A stretch of 41,240 nt of DNA from Limisphaerales bacterium (GCA_046595315.1 JBKJOZ010000133.1:1-41240); one strand, 5' to 3'; numbered from the stretch's first letter, positions 8,434 through 16,439 are shown. The notes: generated by a model from the sequence alone, not told the origin. A program made the numbers and translations.

Positions 8434-9696
8434 ATGAGAATCGCCATCGCAACTTTCATTTTGCTTCGATCACTCGCGTTTCCAATGGATGCGGCTGAGC
8501 CAAAATTAAAAATTGCTGCTAAAATAATTTCGCTTGGAAAAAAACTACCCGGTATTGCGGAGGAAACAATTGTGGTCAGTGGGGACAATCGTCACGTCGC
8601 GTTTGGGGCTGCTCGTGACGGCAAGCAGTTCATCGTGCTCGATGGCAAAGAAGAGGCCGCGCAAGACGGCATTGCGCCAAGCAATATTCGATTTAGCGGC
8701 GACGGCAAGCGGTTCGCCTACGGGGCGCGCCGTGGCCAAAAACAATTCGTCGTGCTCGATGGTGTTGCCGGAAAAGAATACGATTTAATTGGAGCAAAAT
8801 CGGTGATGTTTAGCGCAGACAGTAAGACGCTTGCCTATGGCGTGGCGCTCGGCGCAAAACAATTCATCATTGTTAACTCAGCGCCGCAACGAGGTTACGA
8901 TGGCATTGTTGGCGGCACACTCACTTTCAGCACACGTGGAAATCATCTTGCCTATGCGGCCGCAAAGTCTGACGGCCAATTCGTGGTGGTGGACGGGAAG
9001 GAAGGGGATATTTATCCAGAAATCAAATCGCTTCACTTCAGCCCAGACGGCGAACATCTCGTTTTTAGCGCAGGCAGCGAATTAAAACAGCGCGTGGTTT
9101 TGGACGGTCTGCCGGGCGCGGAATATAACGGCTTCGGCGCGTTTACCTTCAGTCCTGATAGCAAGCGGCTCGCATTTGCCGTTGTGAAAAATGGGAAGAA
9201 ATTTGTAGTCCTCGATGGCGTGGAACAGAAAAATTACGATGGAATCGGTCAGACTATTTTCAGTCCCGATAGTCAACGGTTCGCCTACATTGCCGCGCAC
9301 CAGAACAAACGCCTCGTCGTTGCAGATGACGTCGAGAGTGACGAATACGACACGATCCAAAATAATGATTTTTTATTCAGTCCGGACGGCAAACAACTCG
9401 GGTTCGTCGCAACGCGCGGCGGGAAACAGTTTGCCGTCGTGAATGGTGCGGAAGGAAAAGAATACGAGCGAATTTTCGACGGTACACTCGCCTTTAGTCC
9501 GGGAGGCAAACGGACCGCATTCGCAGCCAAACGTGGCGGCAAAAACTTCATCGTAGTGGACGAAGTGGAAAGCAAACCTTTCGAAAATTTTGTGCGGTCC
9601 AGCAAGCTTATTTTCGAAAGCGCCAACGAATTGAGCATTGTTGTCATTGAGGGAAATGAATTTTCCCGAATCGAACTTAAAATTACGGAACCGTAA
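8434..9696 (+). CDS. Exported TolB/WD40(PD40)-like beta-repeat protein
   Basis: Signal peptide, then nine ~37-39 aa repeats FSPDGKRxAYxAxRGGKxFVVxDGxExKxYDxI plus a degenerate tenth. Confidence 0.85.
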   Translation: MRIAIATFILLRSLAFPMDAAEPKLKIAAKIISLGKKLPGIAEETIVVSGDNRHVAFGAARDGKQFIVLDGKEEAAQDGIAPSNIRFSGDGKRFAYGARRGQKQFVVLDGVAGKEYDLIGAKSVMFSADSKTLAYGVALGAKQFIIVNSAPQRGYDGIVGGTLTFSTRGNHLAYAAAKSDGQFVVVDGKEGDIYPEIKSLHFSPDGEHLVFSAGSELKQRVVLDGLPGAEYNGFGAFTFSPDSKRLAFAVVKNGKKFVVLDGVEQKNYDGIGQTIFSPDSQRFAYIAAHQNKRLVVADDVESDEYDTIQNNDFLFSPDGKQLGFVATRGGKQFAVVNGAEGKEYERIFDGTLAFSPGGKRTAFAAKRGGKNFIVVDEVESKPFENFVRSSKLIFESANELSIVVIEGNEFSRIELKITEP

Positions 9697-10883
9697 TGAA
9701 AAAAGTCATCGTCGCTTTGCTATTTCTGAATCTTGCGCTGGGCGTTGCTCTTGTTTATTACCGGCAAACGCAGCCTTTTGTTTTAAAAAATAACATCACC
9801 AAAAAACCAACGCTTTCTAGCACAGAAACAATTTCCACAACTAATTTTAACTGGCGCCAGATTGAGTCCGAAGATTACAGAAAATACATCGCAAACATGC
9901 GTGGCATCGGTTGCCCGGAAGAGACCATTCGCGACGTCATCATCGCCGATGTGAACCGGCTTTATTCTGCGCGCCAGGCTGAGCTGCTCAATGAAAATCG
10001 CGCACGCAAAACCTGGTGGCAGCCCAATAAATCCAGCTCGGTTCAGAGTCGAACCGCGTCGCAACAACTTGTGCGTGATTTGGAAAAGGAAAAACGCGCC
10101 CTCGTTCATGAACTGCTTGGGATTGATCTCGATGAGGAATCGGAAAACTACGCGCTCGCCCCGATTGAAACTTCCTGGAAACTCGATTCCATCCCGGCTG
10201 AAAAACGTGAAGCAGTCCGCACTCATTTGCAAAAATTTGATACCCTTCAAAAATCGCTCCTGGGGGAAGCTGATACAAACGAGGACGCGCCTGACTGGCA
10301 AACTCTTCGTGAGGCCTACCAAAAGCGGGAAGCTGAATTGACGAAACTTCTTTCACCGGCTGAGTTGGAGGATTTTCAATTGCGCAACGATGAAGTCGCG
10401 GAAACTTTGCGGCATCATCTGGCGGCATTTCATCCGACCGAACAGGAATTTCGCGACCTCTTTCGCAACCTGAAGAAACACCAGGACGAATTTGCCTACA
10501 CAAATCCCAATGACGAACAATCTGCGCAACAAAACCGCGCGGGCCTTGACCAGGTCAACGAACAAATCAAAACTCAGCTGGGAGAGCAACGCTATGCTGA
10601 ATATCAACGGGCCCAGGGCTACGAGTTCCAAAATCTTTATTGGCTTACGCAGCAGTATGATTTGCCCGAGGAGAGCGCGATAAAAATTTTCGAAGCGAAC
10701 AAGTCTGCCCGCCAACGTTTGGAAAAACTTCAGTCCAACGTGTCACTTAACGAAGAACAAAAAGCGGCTGGCTTGCGGCAGTTACAAGAAGAGTTACAGG
10801 CGACGATTAAAAATTCCCTCAGTGACAGTGCGTTTCGCTATTTTCAGCGAGGGGGGAACGCGCATTGGCTACAGCAGAATTAA
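9696..10883 (+). CDS. Membrane-anchored, all-helical hypothetical protein
   Basis: N-terminal TM helix; WRQIESEDYRKYIANMRGIGCPEETIRDVI segment; repeated 'L..LL/LG.E.Y..Y.R' helical units; TAATG overlap with the upstream gene. Confidence 0.8.
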   Translation: MKKVIVALLFLNLALGVALVYYRQTQPFVLKNNITKKPTLSSTETISTTNFNWRQIESEDYRKYIANMRGIGCPEETIRDVIIADVNRLYSARQAELLNENRARKTWWQPNKSSSVQSRTASQQLVRDLEKEKRALVHELLGIDLDEESENYALAPIETSWKLDSIPAEKREAVRTHLQKFDTLQKSLLGEADTNEDAPDWQTLREAYQKREAELTKLLSPAELEDFQLRNDEVAETLRHHLAAFHPTEQEFRDLFRNLKKHQDEFAYTNPNDEQSAQQNRAGLDQVNEQIKTQLGEQRYAEYQRAQGYEFQNLYWLTQQYDLPEESAIKIFEANKSARQRLEKLQSNVSLNEEQKAAGLRQLQEELQATIKNSLSDSAFRYFQRGGNAHWLQQN

Positions 10884-10962
10884 AATTAGTTAATTTGAGA
10901 CAGACGTTAACGAAAACAATCTACGGTATCTTTGAACCAGACTGAGGAAATTGTGGCAGAAG

Positions 10963-11036
10963 TGGCTGTCCGACATGGATTCGAACCATGACAAAGGCCT
11001 CCAAAGGGCCTTGTGCTACCGTTACACCATCGGACA
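10963..11036 (-). tRNA. tRNA-Gln (anticodon TTG)
   Basis: Reverse complement TGTCCGATGGTGTAACGGTAGCACAAGGCCCTTTGGAGGCCTTTGTCATGGTTCGAATCCATGTCGGACAGCCA: acceptor stem TGTCCGA/TCGGACA, GGTTCGAATCC T-loop, CT-TTG-GA anticodon loop, encoded CCA; lies downstream of ispE as in many bacteria. Confidence 0.96.
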
Positions 11037-11046
11037 ACGCGGGGAC

Positions 11047-11075
11047 AAATTACGCCGTCGCCTAAAATCCGCCAA
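11047..11075 (-). promoter_or_regulatory. Putative sigma70 promoter of tRNA-Gln
   Basis: Minus strand TTGGCG-17 nt-TAATTT, about 10 nt upstream of the tRNA 5' end. Confidence 0.4.
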
Positions 11076-11088
11076 GAGAATTTTCTTT

Positions 11089-11967
11089 TCAGTCTGAAAT
11101 AGGAACGAGGGCTGTCCAAAAGTCACCGCCAAATTTTGTTTGGAATTTTTCGAGAAGTTCCTCACCGGCTTTTTTTCCGTGAACCAAAGCAAACGTGGCT
11201 GAACCACTGCCCGACATCAACGAAACCACCGCCCCATTTTCGCGAAAGAATGCCTGAAACAACACGAGCAGAGGGTATTTGTGGAGCGCGGGAACTTCCA
11301 ATGAGTTGTAAAATTCGCGCACGGCCGCAATCAAATTGTCGTTTTGTAAGAGCGAAATTAAAGTTGCAGCGCGTCCCGGTTGTCCATTGAGCGCGAGCGG
11401 AAACTTTGAAAGCTGTTGATAGGCCCATGGAGTAGAAATTCCAAAACCGGGATGAACCAGCAGAATGTAGGTTCCTCGAAGTGCTGGAAAAAAATCGACG
11501 GCCTGAATTTGTTCGCCGCGACCTTGGGCTAGAGCGGGACGCTTTTGCAGGAAAAACGGAACATCCGAGCCAAGCGCAGCCGCGAGGTCATTTAATGTTT
11601 CTTTTGACGCGGGCGAATCGAAAAGTTGGTTGAGCCCCAAAAGAGTTGTCGCGGCATCGCCACTTCCGCCCCCCAAACCGGCGGCGTGCGGAATTTTTTT
11701 TTCCAGATGGATTTGCACTCCATGCGAAATGCCGGTTGATCTGAAAAATGCGTCAGCGGCACGATAGACCAGATTTTTGGAATCGGTCGGCAACGTTGGA
11801 TCACTGCAGGTTAATCGAACGCCGGAATCGATCCGTTCCAATTCCAACACGTCATGCAGTCGAACCGGGTGCATCACCGTTTCCAATTCGTGAAAGCCAT
11901 CGGCGCGTTTGCCCAAGATGTTGAGCAGCAAATTGACTTTGCAGGGCGAGAAAATTTCTAGCGTCAT
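11089..11967 (-). CDS. ispE: 4-diphosphocytidyl-2-C-methyl-D-erythritol kinase
   Basis: SPCKVNLLL, KRADGFHELET, KKIPHAAGLGGGSGDAA, LGSDVPFF, GRGE, LMSGSGS. Confidence 0.96.
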   Translation of the reverse strand: MTLEIFSPCKVNLLLNILGKRADGFHELETVMHPVRLHDVLELERIDSGVRLTCSDPTLPTDSKNLVYRAADAFFRSTGISHGVQIHLEKKIPHAAGLGGGSGDAATTLLGLNQLFDSPASKETLNDLAAALGSDVPFFLQKRPALAQGRGEQIQAVDFFPALRGTYILLVHPGFGISTPWAYQQLSKFPLALNGQPGRAATLISLLQNDNLIAAVREFYNSLEVPALHKYPLLVLFQAFFRENGAVVSLMSGSGSATFALVHGKKAGEELLEKFQTKFGGDFWTALVPISD

Positions 11968-11973
11968 GGAAAT

Positions 11974-12004
11974 AAAAAAGCGCCAACATCGAAATGTTGG
12001 CGCT
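11974..12004 (-). terminator. Intrinsic terminator
   Basis: Minus strand AGCGCCAACAT-TTCG-ATGTTGGCGCT followed by a T-tract. Confidence 0.75.
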
Positions 12005-12019
12005 CGAGAATGGCTTTAA

Positions 12020-12448
12020 TTAATTGTCAAAAATTGAGAAGCGACTACCGGGCGACCATGGGGCAACGTCGCCGCCAGAAAAGCCAAGGTGAGTGTCGGT
12101 TGCGAAAATGGAATCTGCCACAAGGTTGGGTTTATAATTATCTGGATAAAGCGGATTCACTGGAAAAATAACCGGGTCGTACGGCGGAAAAGGCGCGGTT
12201 ATAATTTCGTAAGCACCCACAAATGTGCGGGCAATGCTCCGATGAACTCCGTGGATAAAACCGGTGGTATAAGCCGCTTCAGGACCATTGAACAAAGCAG
12301 TTTGTTCCATCGAACGGCGGAATTCTCCACCCCGAGGAATTTCCGTGAAATTAGTGATCCCGCGGCCAAGTTTGTGTTCAGGACCAGCGCAACCGACGGA
12401 AAACAGGGCCAAACCAGCCAAGGCAATCGAAAAAAGGAAATTTCGCAT
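12020..12448 (-). CDS. Lipoprotein resembling the exosortase-system-associated TIGR04073 family
   Basis: Lipobox-like SVGC; KLGRGITN..EI...G...G....R...G.YEI.T.P pattern characteristic of that family. Confidence 0.7.
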   Translation of the reverse strand: MRNFLFSIALAGLALFSVGCAGPEHKLGRGITNFTEIPRGGEFRRSMEQTALFNGPEAAYTTGFIHGVHRSIARTFVGAYEIITAPFPPYDPVIFPVNPLYPDNYKPNLVADSIFATDTHLGFSGGDVAPWSPGSRFSIFDN

Positions 12449-12532
12449 AAATTTTGTCTTAAGTTAATTCAAGTTACCGCCAAACGATTTCTTGTAAAGC
12501 GAGTTTTCTTTGACAGTTCGAAAACCTCGCCC

Positions 12533-13426
12533 TCACTTTGGTGCCGCTTCTTTTTCGGACGGTCTGGATACTTTTCCATGTGGGTTTACTCCATTTTTGC
12601 GAAAGGCGTTTACCAGCATTATTCCAATCAGCACCAAAACGAGTTCCCCACCCAATGTGCAAACGATGGCTGCTCCTGTTGGCCAATCAAATTGATAGGA
12701 CGCAAACAAACCGACAACGCTGGCGAGCGTGGCGGCGATCCAGCCGATCAGCAGCAACCAGCGAAGTTTTGTTGCCAGGAAATTTGCGCAAACCGCCGGG
12801 ACAATCAGGTAGGAAAAAACCAGCAGCACGCCGCCGATGTGAACGAATGTTGTCACCACGATTCCGAACAGCGCGTAGAAAAGAAAATCCCAGCCGCGCA
12901 CCGAAAGTTTTTCCGCTTCAGCTCGCTCCGGATCAAAGGAAATCATGAGAAACTTTTTCCGAAAAATAAAATGCGCCACGGCAATCACGACAAAGAGGAT
13001 AAACGGTTTCAAAACTTGCTCGCCGGTCTGCAAATAGAGCAACTCGCCCACCATGGTTTGTTTCAATTCTTCGTTGCCGTGCGGGCTGTTGTTCAACAAT
13101 AAAATTCCTCCCGCCGCTGCCACCACGTAGATAATTCCAATCAGGGCTTCTTGCGGAACGCGGGTGTGATTCCTGGTTCTCGTGAGCGAGAAAACCGCCG
13201 CGCCTATCAGCGTGAATCCAACGGACATGGCGTAGCTTTGCCAATCATGCGGGTCGTGATGTAACAAAATGGCAACGCACGTCCCGAGGGTGGCGACTTG
13301 CGCCAACGCCAGATCGACGAAGATTACTTCGCGGCGAATAATGTGCAGGCCGAGGTAAACCAATAATCCCGGCAATGCCAGGCAAGCCACCGTCGGCCAT
13401 AACATGAATCTTAATGCGTCACTCAT
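12533..13426 (-). CDS. Metal ABC transporter permease (ZnuB/MntB-like, ABC-3)
   Basis: Many TM helices; YLGLHIIRREVIFVDLALAQVA, EALIGIIY, GGVLLVFSYLIVPA. Confidence 0.9.
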   Translation of the reverse strand: MSDALRFMLWPTVACLALPGLLVYLGLHIIRREVIFVDLALAQVATLGTCVAILLHHDPHDWQSYAMSVGFTLIGAAVFSLTRTRNHTRVPQEALIGIIYVVAAAGGILLLNNSPHGNEELKQTMVGELLYLQTGEQVLKPFILFVVIAVAHFIFRKKFLMISFDPERAEAEKLSVRGWDFLFYALFGIVVTTFVHIGGVLLVFSYLIVPAVCANFLATKLRWLLLIGWIAATLASVVGLFASYQFDWPTGAAIVCTLGGELVLVLIGIMLVNAFRKNGVNPHGKVSRPSEKEAAPK

Positions 13427-13438
13427 AAATATAAAATA

Positions 13439-13462
13439 GTAGGAGCCGACGTAAGTAGGCTC
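13439..13462 (+). repeat. GTAG-type REP-like palindrome
   Basis: GTAG-GAGCC-GACGTAAGTA-GGCTC in the SBP/permease spacer. Confidence 0.5.
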
Positions 13463-13477
13463 TGATTTTTTATAAAA

Positions 13478-14377
13478 TTATTTTTTCCCTTCAAATGCTT
13501 TTGCCAGCGATTTTACCGCGCCGTCCATCCAGGTTTCATAGGTTTCTGAAGTGCCCCGTGGAAACGTGGGAAAATCGACCACCACTCCGCCCGTATGTCC
13601 TGCGACCGCTTCTGCCGTTTTACGATTTTGATACGGTTGAGCCAAAATCACTTTTGTATTTTCTGTTTTCATCTTCGTAATCACTGCGGCCAGATGCGCG
13701 GGAGTCGGTGGGATCCCCGGTTTCGGTTCGAGAAATAAATCCATTTTCAACCCAAAACGTTTCGCAAAATAAGGCAACGAATTGTGATACGTCACCACTT
13801 GCTGTCCGGCAAAGGGCGCGAGCATTTTTTGCCATTCCGCCATTTTTGCGTCGAGTCGTTCGTTGAACTTTTTCAAATTCGCTTTGAACAGGTCGCACGA
13901 TTTCGCATCAAGTTGGCAAAAGGCATTGGCAATATGTTCGGCCACAATTTTTGCGTTGAGCGGATCGGTCATGTAATGCGGATTGCCTGCAGCGTGAATG
14001 TCGCCTTTCGAGCGGTCCAGGGAACTAGGAATTTCCAACAGCGAAATACCTTCACTGCAAGAAATTCGTCCAGGTTTCCCCGCTTCGATTTTTGAGTTGC
14101 GCGAGCCATCGACGAGCGGAGGCAACCAACCCACTTCTAATTCCGCCCCGCCTTCGATGAGGGCGTCGGCGCGATTTAGTTTCACCACGAAACTCGGTTT
14201 GGCATCGACGAAATGCGGATCTTCCGTCGGCTTGGCGAGGGTGACGAGGTCGATTCTGTCCCCACCAATTTCTTGCGCAATCGCACCGAAATCGGTGGTG
14301 GTGGCGACGACGTTTAATTTCGCGTGCGCCGAAACAGCAAACAAAGTTGCTGCAAAAAGACTAAATAATTTTTTCAT
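13478..14377 (-). CDS. Zn/Mn ABC transporter substrate-binding protein (ZnuA/TroA family)
   Basis: Signal peptide ending AHA; VVATT, EDPHF, GAELEVGWL, HAAGNPHY, YHNS, EPKPGIPP. Confidence 0.92.
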   Translation of the reverse strand: MKKLFSLFAATLFAVSAHAKLNVVATTTDFGAIAQEIGGDRIDLVTLAKPTEDPHFVDAKPSFVVKLNRADALIEGGAELEVGWLPPLVDGSRNSKIEAGKPGRISCSEGISLLEIPSSLDRSKGDIHAAGNPHYMTDPLNAKIVAEHIANAFCQLDAKSCDLFKANLKKFNERLDAKMAEWQKMLAPFAGQQVVTYHNSLPYFAKRFGLKMDLFLEPKPGIPPTPAHLAAVITKMKTENTKVILAQPYQNRKTAEAVAGHTGGVVVDFPTFPRGTSETYETWMDGAVKSLAKAFEGKK

Positions 14378-14384
14378 ATTTTAA

Positions 14385-14414
14385 ATTCGTGTTTATTCGT
14401 GTGCATTCGTGGTT
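14385..14414 (+). repeat. Tandem 10-mer repeat x3
   Basis: ATTCGTGTTT-ATTCGTGTGC-ATTCGTGGTT in the intergenic spacer. Confidence 0.8.
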
Positions 14415-14423
14415 AAAAAATTT

Positions 14424-15917
14424 TCAAAACTTATGTGCCCCATGTGCTCCGAGGAGGAATTCCAATTGCAGCCAAACGGAATGTTCGGTTCCGAAGTGTT
14501 CGCCTTGATCGTAATTATATTGCAGTCGCAGCTTGGAAAATTCGCTCGGGTAAAATGTCAGCACTGGTGAAACGCGATACCGCTCTCCGCGAAACTGGTC
14601 TTGTGAATCAAATGCATCGGAATTGCCGCTCGCATAATCGCCGCGAATTCCAGTCACCCAACGCGGTTTGAATCCCCACAACACCTGCGAATACGCGCCC
14701 CAATCTTTGATATTTTCCGAACGCAACGGTGTGGGCGCGAACGCATCAGCACCTGCGCCGAACCGGCGATAAATCGCTTCGGTTTGCCACGAGACAAATG
14801 GAAAACCCGCCTGCGCATTCGCCGGTTTCCATTTCCAGAAAATGTCCGCGCCGTAAATTTCCGTCCGACTGTGCGGGCCGGTGTCGTTTGCGCCGAACGC
14901 TCCCGAAAGTCCGCCGACCAACGTTTGCGTGTCGGTGATTTCAAATGAAGAAACAACGCGTGGCGTGAACAATAAATCCTGCGGCCCGCGCAAATGGCGA
15001 TCAGTTGTGGCGCGCCCGGCAAAACGATTTACGCCGGTGCCATCGTCCTCACCCGTGTTTCTAAAACTGTGCGCGGTGCCACCTTCACCGTCGGAAATAC
15101 CGAGAAATAATTCCGTGTAAAACGGCGTGGGCGCGAGCCACGAAAGTTGCGTCCCCACATTGCGCAAACCGTCCGGGCCAAAAGCGCGCGTCGAAATAAT
15201 CGGCGAATCCACAAAAGCCCATTGATGCGGATGCTGCGGATTTTGTCGCCCGAACGCGGTGAAGAATTGTCCGGCCTTCAATTGCAAATTCCCGGGCAGC
15301 GACGTGGATTGCAGAAACGCTTCCTCCAATTCGACGGCGGTTTCGTTGTTGTTTTCCAGTTTGAAAACGATGTTCGCGAAACCTTTGAAGTATGGATCCA
15401 CCGCGCCGTCGAGAGCGATTTCCGCATTGCGCAGGGAAAATCCGCGCTTTTGCGGATCGTGATCGCCGAGTTGCAGTTGCGCGGAAGGATCGCCAGCGGA
15501 AGAAAAACCGGCGTCGATCAGCGCATCAAAACTGATGTTCATGTAAGCCGATCCAGCGCGCGCGATGGTCATTGGGCCGGAAAGCTGTGAGTTTTGAATT
15601 TTAAGTTTTGAGTTGGGAACGGAATTTGTTTCGGGATCTTTGACAAGTTCCGCTGCTAATTCTGTTTCGAGTTTTTTCTGCTCCTCCGTTTTTGGCGCAA
15701 CGAGGGCTGGAGAGGTTTGTGTTTTTGTAAACTCATCCAACTTTTTCGTGAGCGCTTCGATTTGTTGCTGTTGCGCGCGCGTAACTTTGTCGAAACTTTC
15801 CTGCATCTGCTGCAATTGCATTTTGAATTGCGCTACTTCATTGGTCGCTTGAGCCGAAAGCGTCATTGCGCTCAGGCAAAGGGCAAACGACAACCCTACT
15901 ATTTTAAATTTTTTCAT
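14424..15917 (-). CDS. Outer-membrane beta-barrel/porin with N-terminal coiled coil, probably for metal (Zn) uptake
   Basis: Signal peptide, Q/E-rich coiled coil, AVDPYF, ELEEAF, FGRQNPQHPHQW, SEFSKLRLQY and C-terminal FLLGAHGAHKF; sits directly upstream of the metal SBP and permease. Confidence 0.85.
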   Translation of the reverse strand: MKKFKIVGLSFALCLSAMTLSAQATNEVAQFKMQLQQMQESFDKVTRAQQQQIEALTKKLDEFTKTQTSPALVAPKTEEQKKLETELAAELVKDPETNSVPNSKLKIQNSQLSGPMTIARAGSAYMNISFDALIDAGFSSAGDPSAQLQLGDHDPQKRGFSLRNAEIALDGAVDPYFKGFANIVFKLENNNETAVELEEAFLQSTSLPGNLQLKAGQFFTAFGRQNPQHPHQWAFVDSPIISTRAFGPDGLRNVGTQLSWLAPTPFYTELFLGISDGEGGTAHSFRNTGEDDGTGVNRFAGRATTDRHLRGPQDLLFTPRVVSSFEITDTQTLVGGLSGAFGANDTGPHSRTEIYGADIFWKWKPANAQAGFPFVSWQTEAIYRRFGAGADAFAPTPLRSENIKDWGAYSQVLWGFKPRWVTGIRGDYASGNSDAFDSQDQFRGERYRVSPVLTFYPSEFSKLRLQYNYDQGEHFGTEHSVWLQLEFLLGAHGAHKF

Positions 15918-16008
15918 AATTTTCTCCGTATTAACTGCATCGAAATTTTGCGCGTGATTGCGCTCTAAAAACTAAAGTGAATTGAAACAAGCCGCCCCAA
16001 TGGACGGT

Positions 16009-16347
16009 TTAAGCGAGTGGAGAAAGAAGGACAGGCGGAGCGCGCGAGGCGGAAAATCGATACGTGTGGTCAGAAAAAACGTTAAAATCCTCAATGCCAA
16101 TCAGCGAGACCAAACCAAAGTGGGGTTGAATTTCGATAACGATTGGATCGCTGGCGACGAGCTGTTGCTGTTCAAAAATTGTGATGGCGCATTGATGAGA
16201 CGGTTCCGAGGCATCTTTATGCAATTGCTCATGCAGCGAGCGGTCCGCAGAGAGAAACAGCGAGAGAAAAAGAACTGGAATCAGCAGGAAGGGCAGCGCC
16301 CGTTTGCTCCATTGCGCCAGAGAGAAAAATTTTCGTTCCAGTTGCAA
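16009..16347 (-). CDS. Small DUF2946-like leader protein (hydrophobic N-terminus, His/Cys motif, C-terminal RAPP)
   Basis: TM/signal-like [22 protein letters not shown]...HQCAIT, C-terminal SRAPP; first gene of the metal-uptake operon. TTG start is uncertain. Confidence 0.75.
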   Translation of the reverse strand: MQLERKFFSLAQWSKRALPFLLIPVLFLSLFLSADRSLHEQLHKDASEPSHQCAITIFEQQQLVASDPIVIEIQPHFGLVSLIGIEDFNVFSDHTYRFSASRAPPVLLSPLA

Positions 16348-16355
16348 GTGAGTTA

Positions 16356-16383
16356 AAGCTAATCAGCCTCACTTTTTTTTCAA
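16356..16383 (-). promoter_or_regulatory. Putative sigma70 promoter of the RAPP leader/metal operon
   Basis: Minus strand TTGAAA-16 nt-TAGCTT, 8 nt before the TTG start (near-leaderless). Confidence 0.35.
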
Positions 16384-16439
16384 GAGGAGAAAATAATTGC
16401 CGATTGACGCGCTTCCAGTCTCTGAGGATTTTATCCGCC

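Noticed and set aside
3847-10883. SNF2 plus downstream hypothetical genes as an anti-phage defence system
   Set aside because: The downstream proteins all carry export signals and are separated by a structured spacer; no nuclease, methylase or other defence domain is evident.
12089-13102. 337-aa ORF on the + strand
   Set aside because: It is antisense to the well-supported TIGR04073-like and permease genes and has no recognisable motifs; a shadow ORF.
15982-16356. 124-aa ORF on the + strand
   Set aside because: It is antisense to the RAPP leader ORF, which has much better motif and context support.
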